Below, piece after piece: positions 53,610 through 61,183 of a stretch of 64,000 nt of DNA. Both the position numbers and the translations under genes were made by a program. Origin of the DNA: Candidatus Xenobia bacterium (GTDB lineage: Bacteria; Vulcanimicrobiota; Xenobia; Xenobiales; QWHO01); assembly GCA_045863235.1 (NCBI GenBank), contig BTUM01000028.1, forward strand, positions 1 through 64,000, written 5' to 3'. Position 1 is the stretch's first letter; the number at the start of each line of letters is the position of its first letter. The notes beneath the pieces were generated by a model. That model did no database searches. It saw nothing but the letters and a program-made list of their open reading frames with translations, and was not told the origin of the DNA.

Positions 53610-54233
53610 TTACTGGGCAGGGCGCTGTTGGACCGTCATCGCCTCAGGGTCAAGGATGGTAAGCGTTCCGTCCGGGTTGGTCACCTGCACCGTCTTGTCC
53701 GGGTTGACCGTGACGGGGAGCGGCACTCTCGTCGTGACAGTCTTCGGGTCCATCATCATCATCAGGGGGGTCGCGGCATAGGCGCGAAAAGTCTCCTGCA
53801 GGGGCGAGCCCGACTTGAAGCTGGTTGGACTCACGTCTCTCCAGACTTCGGTGCCGCCGGGCAAAGAGAACTTGGTGATGGAGCCGCCCATGAAGCCAGG
53901 GGTTTGAGACGAAAAGACGCCGGACTCCTGGTTGATCGACATTTGTCCCCCCAGTTGGGGCATCATCGCTAACCCACACGCAGAGGCCACCATGGTCGTT
54001 TCGAGGGCGTGCGCGGTGAGCCTGACCAGCAAATCCCCGTTGATGCTCGGACGGGGCGTGGCAACACCCGGGTCGGCAGCGGACGGGGTCCAGGCTTCGG
54101 TTTGCTGCGGGATGCCGGAACCTTCGCCACTCAATGCCCCCGAAGCCCGCGTGGGGGTCTTGGCGAGGGCAACCTGAGCGTTCGCTTGGATCCCGGGCAT
54201 TCCGTTCATCGTGTGACCTCCGAGCTTGGTCAT
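53610..54233 (-). CDS. Hypothetical protein with low-complexity leader
   Basis: ATGA overlap with the upstream gene, or start at ATG 54209 after GGAGG. Confidence 0.65.
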   Translation of the reverse strand: MTKLGGHTMNGMPGIQANAQVALAKTPTRASGALSGEGSGIPQQTEAWTPSAADPGVATPRPSINGDLLVRLTAHALETTMVASACGLAMMPQLGGQMSINQESGVFSSQTPGFMGGSITKFSLPGGTEVWRDVSPTSFKSGSPLQETFRAYAATPLMMMMDPKTVTTRVPLPVTVNPDKTVQVTNPDGTLTILDPEAMTVQQRPAQ

Positions 54234-55792
54234 TTGAAATTCTGCGCCGGTGATGGGACTCCTGTGGTTTGGTGCTGCCTGGTAGGCAGGCGAACACTTC
54301 CGACCACCACCTGACCCTGGCGTTCTTCCACGCCCCCGCGGCTACTTCGCCCCACCTGCTCCAGGGCCGAGGCCACGGCCCGCTCGGGCTGGCTCTGATC
54401 AAAGAGCCTGGACTCGGCCTGGCGATTCAGGTTCTGGCACAGGATGTCGACCGCTTCCAACAAGCTCTTGCCTGCCAGCGCTCCGCCGGTCTGGCGCTCG
54501 AGTCGTAGGCGCTGCAGACACTCCACTTCCTGCCAGCCCCGGCCGCGCGGATTGAGGCGACGCAGGCTGGCCTGCAGACGGTCGTGGGCCTGCCGGGCGA
54601 CGGGCAGGTCGCCGGTTGCCCGCAACTCGCTCCAGACGGCGCGGGTGGCCGCCATGTCGCGCTGGCAGTCCGAGTAGATGCGGGCCAGGGCCAGCTCGCG
54701 TTCCTCGCGCGTTTCGCTGCCGCAGGCCGATCGGGCCAGGAGGTGGCTGGTGAGGTGACGCCACTTGATGCGCTGCCAGCCGGCCCGGAGCTGGACTTCC
54801 TCGGACCGAAGTCTGTCGACCGCTGGATTTTCCTGGAGCTGGCGGGCTGACCAGTCGGGATCGCCCGAGAGGGCCAGCAGACGCAGGAAGTCTTCTCTTG
54901 GACCGCCCTCGCGCAGGCGAACGAGGGCGTCCCGGCAGCCGAAGGGCTCGGCACCAGGCCCCAGAGCCTGCTTGATCGCCTCGAGCTCGGAGTCGCCGTG
55001 GTCGAGTAGCTGCTGGTAGAGCTCGAAGTGCCCAAAGCGCCCGGGGGCAAATTCGAAGGCCTGCACCGCCGCCTCCAGGCGAGCACTCATCGGATGCTCG
55101 CAGTCGCGCTGCACGGCCCGGTGAGCGGCGTCAGCCAGGGCCGGGTCCTTCAGCTCGCGCGTCAGCCGGTTGAGCGGCTCGAGCCGGGCCATGACGGCCT
55201 GGTCGTCAACGAGCTCCGAGGGCTTGAAGGTGAGACCGGCCAGGCGCACCTCGTCGCTTGCCCCTCGGTAGAGGGCCATGGCCACCGTCTGGCTCGATTC
55301 GGGCAAGCCTCGGGTGAGGGTCCGACCGGTGTCGCACAGGGCCTTGAGCGAGCGGGCCAGGGCGGGTTGGGCCAGCTCCTGGTCTTTGGCACCGAGGCCG
55401 TTGAGGTAGGAGGCCAGCTTGAGCTCGTCCAGGTTGCTCACCACCAGCACGCTCTGGTCGGGCCGCGCGCGAAAGGACACGCGTTGGCCCTGGCTGAGGC
55501 GGGCGTAAGTCTCGGGCAGCTTGTTGCCCAACTGGCCTTTCAGCTGCAGGACCGTGGCCGCAAGCTCGCCGGGCGGGTCCGCCTCGAGGGCCTCCAGGGC
55601 GGTCAGCTCCTCGGGACGGAACAGAGTCTGGTAGCCCTCCCGCGTGCGAGCCTCGACGCTCTTGCCCCGCGACAAGAGCTCGTGGGCCTCCTCGGCTTCC
55701 ACCGGCCTTGTCTTGCCGCTGCCATACCAGGGGCCGAGCTCGCCGTAAGTGGCAGCCCGGGAAGGCATATCAGGACGGATCAAGGCCATCAT
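54230..55792 (-). CDS. Hypothetical helical protein, paralogous in part to 61184-64000
   Basis: 520 aa; shares L..PALA..L.AL...GR.L with the 61184 ORF. Confidence 0.7.
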   Translation of the reverse strand: MMALIRPDMPSRAATYGELGPWYGSGKTRPVEAEEAHELLSRGKSVEARTREGYQTLFRPEELTALEALEADPPGELAATVLQLKGQLGNKLPETYARLSQGQRVSFRARPDQSVLVVSNLDELKLASYLNGLGAKDQELAQPALARSLKALCDTGRTLTRGLPESSQTVAMALYRGASDEVRLAGLTFKPSELVDDQAVMARLEPLNRLTRELKDPALADAAHRAVQRDCEHPMSARLEAAVQAFEFAPGRFGHFELYQQLLDHGDSELEAIKQALGPGAEPFGCRDALVRLREGGPREDFLRLLALSGDPDWSARQLQENPAVDRLRSEEVQLRAGWQRIKWRHLTSHLLARSACGSETREERELALARIYSDCQRDMAATRAVWSELRATGDLPVARQAHDRLQASLRRLNPRGRGWQEVECLQRLRLERQTGGALAGKSLLEAVDILCQNLNRQAESRLFDQSQPERAVASALEQVGRSSRGGVEERQGQVVVGSVRLPTRQHQTTGVPSPAQNFK

Positions 55793-55887
55793 GGCTCAGA
55801 TTACGCCCTGGCTCTGAAAGGCCCCTGAAGTCTCAATTCGTACCGCAAAAGCAGGGGACTGCCCCGAGAGCGCGTAACGGGCCCGGC

Positions 55888-56376
55888 ATGAGTCTGGGAA
55901 TTGCTTTCAAGAGTTTCTTCAAAGCGCTGCAGGACAAGGAGTTCGCGGCCCGGGTGGGCGAGCTTTTGGCCGGGGGCAAGACCGAGAAGGTCCCTCCACC
56001 CCCCACCGCCGGGCAACTGCTGGCCGTGCTGCAGCGCGAGGGCCGTTTCGTGGACTTCTTGCAGGAAGACCTCAAGGGCATCGGCGACGCTCAGATCGGC
56101 GCGGTGGCCCGCACTCTGCATGAAGGCTGCCGCAAGGTGGCCACCCAGTATCTGACTTTGGAACCCGTGCGCTCCGAGGAAGAAGGCGCCGCCGTCACGG
56201 TCGAGCCGGGCTTCGACCCGGCCGAGGTGCGGCTGGTGGGCAACGTGGTGGGCGACCCTCCCTTCAACGGGACCCTGCGCCACCACGGCTGGAAGCTCAC
56301 CCGGGCCGAGCTGCCTGAAGCTGCCGCCACGCCCGAGCGCACCGTGCTGGTTCCCGCGGAGGTAGAGCTTTCATGA
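55888..56376 (+). CDS. DUF2760 domain protein
   Basis: LLAVLQREGRFVDFLQED, IGAVARTLHEGCRK, GTLRHHGW, PAEVEL. Confidence 0.88.
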   Translation: MSLGIAFKSFFKALQDKEFAARVGELLAGGKTEKVPPPPTAGQLLAVLQREGRFVDFLQEDLKGIGDAQIGAVARTLHEGCRKVATQYLTLEPVRSEEEGAAVTVEPGFDPAEVRLVGNVVGDPPFNGTLRHHGWKLTRAELPEAAATPERTVLVPAEVELS

Positions 56377-58127
56377 CCGAATCCACGTACATGGTCGGGA
56401 TCGACCTGGGCACCACCAACTCGGCGGTGGCCTTCATCAAGGCCGGCGATCCGCCCGAGAAGGGCGACTTTCCCGTGCAGCAGTTGGTGGGGCCCGGGCA
56501 ACTGGAGGAGCGGCCCACTCTGCCCAGCTTCCTCTACCTGCCCAGCGAGCACGAGTTTCCTCTCGATCAGCTCGAGCTGCCCTGGGATGAGGTGGCCACC
56601 TTCGCAGTGGGCGTCTTCGCCCGCGACGAGGGCGGCAAGGTGCCCCACCGCCTGATCTCCAGCGCCAAGTCGTGGCTCTCGCAAGAGGGCACCGACCGCC
56701 GGGCTGCCATCCTGCCCTGGAAGGCTCCTGAGGACGTGCCCCTGATGTCCCCGGTGCAGGCCTCGGCGAGCTACCTCAAGCACCTGCGCGACGCCTGGCG
56801 CTTCTATCATCCCGGCGAGCCGCTCAAGGAGCAGGAGGTGGTGCTCACGGTGCCCGCCTCCTTCGATGCGGTGGCCCGCGAATTGACCGCTGAGGCGGCC
56901 CGCATCGCTGACCTGGTCAACCTGACGTTGCTCGAGGAGCCGCAGGCCGCGTTTTACGCCTGGCTGGAGGCTACCGGCGACGAGTGGCGCTCGCAGGTGG
57001 GGGTGGGCGACCTGATCCTGGTGTGCGACATCGGGGGCGGCACCACCGACTTCTCGCTCATCACGGTGGTGGACGCCGAGGGCGACCTGGGCCTGGAGCG
57101 CGTGGCGGTGGGCGACCACCTGCTGCTCGGGGGCGACAACCTCGACCTGGCCCTGGCTGTGGCCGTGCAGGCCCGCCTGAAGGCGGAAGGCACGAAGATC
57201 GATACCTGGCAGTTCCAGGTGCTGACTCACGCCTGTCGCGCGGCCAAGGAAGCCCTGCTCGGAGCCGATCCCCCCGATGAGGTGGCCATCACCATTCCCG
57301 GGCGCGGCAGCAAGCTGATCGGGGGCTCGGTGCAGACCGCCCTCAAGCTCTCCGACGTCAAGACGCTGCTCGACGGCTTCTTCCCCAAGGTGAAGGCCAA
57401 CGATCACGCCGAGCGGCGGCGCTCGCTGGGTCTGACCGAGCTGGGCCTGCCTTACGAGTCCGACCCGGCCATCACCCGTCAGCTGGCCCGTTTCCTGGAT
57501 GGCCAGAAGCCTACCGCGGTGCTCTTCAACGGAGGCGTGCTCAAGGCCGACAGTATCCGCCAGCGCATCCTGACCGTGCTCAACTCCTGGCTCAAAGAGC
57601 CGGTGCGCGAGCTCGAGGGGGGCGACCTGGAGCTTTCGGTGGCCCGGGGCGCGGCCCGATTCGCCCTGACCCGTCGCGGCCAGGGCATCCGCATCCGGGG
57701 TGGACTTTCGCGCGCGTACTACATCGGCGTGGAGATCCCCCGGCCGGCCGTGCCGGGAGTGCCGCCGCCCATCAAGGCCGTGTGCGTGGCCCGTAAGGGC
57801 ATGGAGGAGGGCACCCGGGTCGAGGTGCCCGTAGCCCGCTTCGGGCTGGTCGTGGGTCAGACGGTGGAGTTCCCCTTCCTGGCCTCGGCCCGCGAGGACG
57901 AGGTGGGCGCTCAGCTCGAGGACTGGGAGGACGAAGGCGTGGAGGAGATCTCCAAGGTCAGCGCCAGCCTCAAGGCCGACGAGCACACCCCCGGCGTGGT
58001 GCCAGTGAGCCTTGAGACGGTGGCCACCGAGATCGGCACGTTGGAGCTGTGGTGCCACGAGCGCGAGGGCGAGGGGCGCTGGAAGCTCGAGTTCGAGGTG
58101 CGCGAAGAAGCGTCGGCCAGGGCCTGA
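56373..58127 (+). CDS. Hsp70-family protein (DUF2760-associated type)
   Basis: GIDLGTTNS, TVPASFD, EEPQAA, DIGGGTTDF, LGGDNLD, LFNGG, GTLELWC, WKLEF; ATGA overlap with DUF2760. Confidence 0.9.
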   Translation: MTESTYMVGIDLGTTNSAVAFIKAGDPPEKGDFPVQQLVGPGQLEERPTLPSFLYLPSEHEFPLDQLELPWDEVATFAVGVFARDEGGKVPHRLISSAKSWLSQEGTDRRAAILPWKAPEDVPLMSPVQASASYLKHLRDAWRFYHPGEPLKEQEVVLTVPASFDAVARELTAEAARIADLVNLTLLEEPQAAFYAWLEATGDEWRSQVGVGDLILVCDIGGGTTDFSLITVVDAEGDLGLERVAVGDHLLLGGDNLDLALAVAVQARLKAEGTKIDTWQFQVLTHACRAAKEALLGADPPDEVAITIPGRGSKLIGGSVQTALKLSDVKTLLDGFFPKVKANDHAERRRSLGLTELGLPYESDPAITRQLARFLDGQKPTAVLFNGGVLKADSIRQRILTVLNSWLKEPVRELEGGDLELSVARGAARFALTRRGQGIRIRGGLSRAYYIGVEIPRPAVPGVPPPIKAVCVARKGMEEGTRVEVPVARFGLVVGQTVEFPFLASAREDEVGAQLEDWEDEGVEEISKVSASLKADEHTPGVVPVSLETVATEIGTLELWCHEREGEGRWKLEFEVREEASARA

Positions 58128-58196
58128 GCCTGGTAGAGGCCCCCGGGCGCGGGTTGTCGTATCTACTGGAAGCGACTTTTCGCTCGAGGGGGTTTC

Positions 58197-59084
58197 ATGC
58201 GCCTGTCGGTTCTCACGCTCACCCTGGCCGCCTCAGTTCAGTTGGCCACAGCTCAGATGCCCGGCGGACCGTGCGGGCCCTGCGCCCCCTGCGGTCCGGC
58301 CCCGGCTGGCCCCATGGGACCTCAGACCATCATCGTGAATCCGGATGGTCCGATGGACCGCGGAATGCTCGACGATTCCTCTGACCCTGACCGGCCTGGC
58401 TATCGGGGTCCGGCTCCCGAGGGTCCCCCGGTCAATCCACTCGACCAGCGGGGCGCTGAGGATGCAACGCTGGGTCAGGTGCTCTCTCAGCTCAATCCCA
58501 ACGAGCGCCAGCAGCTCGAGCAGATTCTTCAGAGCTACCAGAACGACATGAACGCCTACATCGCGAGTCATCCTCGGGCCTCCGACGCCATCGGTGTCAA
58601 TGGGACGATCATGAACGTCATCGAGAGCTTTCGAAGCACCACCGGTATTGGCACAAACGAGCGGGGCTGTGACCCGGTCTCCACCGCGGCCGGAAACATG
58701 ATCGCCCCTCTCACCGGCCAGCCTGGCTCTTCCTGGCGAGTCCACGAGTATGAGTACGTGCCCAATCCCGACGCCACCGTCTCGGGGCACCTCGGGCGTC
58801 TTGTCGTGGCCGTTGGTGTTCCAGCCGTGGCCGGCAGCCTGGCCACAGGGGGGCCATGGGGTGGAATCGGCGGAGCTGTAGCCGGTGGGGCGGGTTGGGC
58901 CATCACCAGCTTCGAGCACAACATGGTCGTGCTGGTCAACAATCGCGACCCGAACTTGACAGTCGTGCTCGACCCACACGGAGCTCAGAGCGGAAACATC
59001 GACTCCGTGCACGGCCCCGGCCACTATTCAGGGGCCCGGATCGATGCGCAGTACCGCCCTCCGACCAGCACCGCACGCCCGTGA
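58197..59084 (+). CDS. Secreted hypothetical protein with glycine-zipper hairpin and possible Cys-His-Asp triad
   Basis: Signal peptide; RGCDPVS, GGPWGGIGGAVAGGAG, FEHNMVVL, VVLDPH. Confidence 0.7.
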   Translation: MRLSVLTLTLAASVQLATAQMPGGPCGPCAPCGPAPAGPMGPQTIIVNPDGPMDRGMLDDSSDPDRPGYRGPAPEGPPVNPLDQRGAEDATLGQVLSQLNPNERQQLEQILQSYQNDMNAYIASHPRASDAIGVNGTIMNVIESFRSTTGIGTNERGCDPVSTAAGNMIAPLTGQPGSSWRVHEYEYVPNPDATVSGHLGRLVVAVGVPAVAGSLATGGPWGGIGGAVAGGAGWAITSFEHNMVVLVNNRDPNLTVVLDPHGAQSGNIDSVHGPGHYSGARIDAQYRPPTSTARP

Positions 59085-59836
59085 GGCTCCACTTCTGGTT
59101 GGGTCTGCTCGCCTGCGCCCTGCTGGCCGCGGGGCCGGCTCAGAAATTGCAGCTGCGCTGTCGATTGGCTCAGGGCACGGCCTGGATCACCCGGGGCACC
59201 ATGGTGGTCACCACCTCGGTCAGTGAAAAGGGTCAGACTGCCAGCAAGGAATCCAGCAGCAACATCGTCTGGCAGGAGAAGGTGGTGGAGTCTGACTCCA
59301 TCCGCGGCGTCACGAAGGAGACCACCGTGGTCGAGCCCGAGCCGACCGTGCTCCGGTACCTCATCTCGCCGCGGCTCGAGCAAAGGGTCGTGAAGGTGGG
59401 CGAAGAGACCGTGACCCAGGTGGGCGCCTTGATGGCCCAACCGGCTCTCTTCCCGCTGCAGCCGGTGGCCGTGGGCGACAGCTGGGAGATTCAGGTCTCC
59501 GACAAGCTTTTCTTGCGGGGCGAGAGGGCGGCCGTCCCGGCCGACTTTGCCGTCAAGGGGACCGGCACGCTGCAGAAGATTGAGAACGGCCTGGCCGTTC
59601 TGAGCTTCGACCTCGGCTCGGAGCTGCGCGGTGTGCAGCCCGATGCCGAGGGTGCCTTGACGTACCTGACGACGACGACCATGAAGTGGACGATGGGGGT
59701 CGATCCTGCTACTGGCTTTGTGACCTGGCAGGAGATGCAGTCGACCTCGGATCAGTCGGTGCTACGCTCCACCGTGGCGGTGGGGCCGACCGTCCGCATC
59801 CTCACGAGCATGAGCCTCAAGAGCGAGAAGCTGTAG
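59081..59836 (+). CDS. Secreted beta-rich hypothetical protein
   Basis: GTGA overlap; signal peptide MRLHFWLGLLACALLAA; FPLQPVAVGDSW motif. Confidence 0.7.
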   Translation: MRLHFWLGLLACALLAAGPAQKLQLRCRLAQGTAWITRGTMVVTTSVSEKGQTASKESSSNIVWQEKVVESDSIRGVTKETTVVEPEPTVLRYLISPRLEQRVVKVGEETVTQVGALMAQPALFPLQPVAVGDSWEIQVSDKLFLRGERAAVPADFAVKGTGTLQKIENGLAVLSFDLGSELRGVQPDAEGALTYLTTTTMKWTMGVDPATGFVTWQEMQSTSDQSVLRSTVAVGPTVRILTSMSLKSEKL

Positions 59837-59854
59837 TCAATCGCCAAGCCGGCG

Positions 59855-60220
59855 CTATGACTTTTTGGGGGGCATGGTGCCGGAAGCCGTGTAGTTGACC
59901 ACTGCTTTCGAGGACTTGCCCATCCCGTAGCTCGCCTGCACGGTCAGCTCGATCGGAGCTCCCTCTTTGAGCTGGTTGGGCAGCGGAACCTGCCAGTTCC
60001 CCTTGGAGTCAGCTGTGGTGGTGGCGCTCAGAGTTCCCGTGACCTCAATCTGGGAGCCGGGAGTCGCCGTCCCCTTCAGGAGGAAGAGCTGGCTCACCTT
60101 GGAGCCCAGAGAGGGAAAGTCGACTTTTACGTTGACGCTTTCTCCCTGGGCGTTCGTTCCTTGGGAGCTGAGAATGAGCACCGACAGTGCGATCAGAATG
60201 CTGAGTCCTAAACGTTTCAT
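59855..60220 (-). CDS. Small secreted Ig-like domain protein
   Basis: Signal peptide MKRLGLSILIAL; GTATPGSQIEV...ADSKGNWQV; GGAGG RBS. Confidence 0.75.
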   Translation of the reverse strand: MKRLGLSILIALSVLILSSQGTNAQGESVNVKVDFPSLGSKVSQLFLLKGTATPGSQIEVTGTLSATTTADSKGNWQVPLPNQLKEGAPIELTVQASYGMGKSSKAVVNYTASGTMPPKKS

Positions 60221-60350
60221 GGGGCCTCCCGTTGGTGTCCTTGGTGGCCCTTGCTTTGATTTGAGAGGAGCCACCTCCTGCTCTGGAGGCGCGGCCGGAA
60301 AGGCCGTGCCGATCAACACGTTGTGCTCGACCGACCGATTGAGCTTGAGC

Positions 60351-61118
60351 TCACTGCGCCGTCCAGCCTCCGTCCACTGAGAGGGCGGCCCCGGTGATGC
60401 TGTTTCCACCCGGGCCGCACAGGAACAACACCAGCTCGGCCAGCTCCTCGGGGCTCACGAAGCGCAGGCTGGGTTGCTTCTCGGCCAGCAGGTCGTGGCG
60501 AGCCACCTCTTCGCTGACCCCCTCCTCAAGCTGGCGGCGGTCGATCTGGGCCTGCACCAGCGGGGTCAACACCCAGCCCGGGCAGATGGCGTTGCAGGTC
60601 ACGCCGGTGCGGGCGTTCTCCAGGGCCACCACTTTGGTCAGTCCCACCAGGCCGTGCTTGGCGGCCACGTAGGCGGCTTTGTTCACCGAGGCCACCTTGC
60701 CGTGGGCCGAGGCCACGTTGACGATCCGGCCCCAGCCCTTCTCTTTCATGCCGGGCAGCACCATGCGGATGGCGTGGAAGGCGGCCGACAGGTGCAGGGC
60801 CAGCAAGTCATCCCACTTTTCGGGCGGAAAGTCCTCGACCGGGGCCACGTGCTGCACCCCGGCATTATTGACCAGAATGTCGATCTCGCCCAGATCGCGG
60901 CAGGTCTGCTCGATCATGGCCTCCACCTCGGCGGGGCGCCGCAGGTCGTGCTGGGAGTACCCGTGGCGCACGCCCAGGGAGGAGAGCTCGGCTTGCAGCT
61001 GACTCAGCCCTTCGGGGTGGATCATCCCGCACAGCATCACGTCGTGACCCCGAAGGGCCAGGGCCTTGAGGATGGACCAGCCGATCCCGCTGGTGGATCC
61101 GGTGATGAGTGCGACCAT
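60351..61118 (-). CDS. bdhA: 3-hydroxybutyrate dehydrogenase (SDR)
   Basis: TGSTSGIG, NNAGVQHVAPVEDFP, ASAHG, KAAYVAAKHG, CPGWVLTPLV, EKQPS, DGGWTAQ. Confidence 0.92.
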   Translation of the reverse strand: MVALITGSTSGIGWSILKALALRGHDVMLCGMIHPEGLSQLQAELSSLGVRHGYSQHDLRRPAEVEAMIEQTCRDLGEIDILVNNAGVQHVAPVEDFPPEKWDDLLALHLSAAFHAIRMVLPGMKEKGWGRIVNVASAHGKVASVNKAAYVAAKHGLVGLTKVVALENARTGVTCNAICPGWVLTPLVQAQIDRRQLEEGVSEEVARHDLLAEKQPSLRFVSPEELAELVLFLCGPGGNSITGAALSVDGGWTAQ

Positions 61119-61183
61119 GGGTCAGCGGCCTTTGACCTTCTGCTTTCACGTTCCTTTCAGCTCCGCCGGGCTAGACTCTCATC

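Noticed and set aside
10659..58058. Many long overlapping ORFs (e.g. 10659-12497, 17607-19394, 29821-31701, 35265-37424, 51872-53581, 56091-58058)
   Set aside because: Stop-poor shadow frames expected in high-GC DNA; each overlaps a motif-supported gene and has no recognisable motifs
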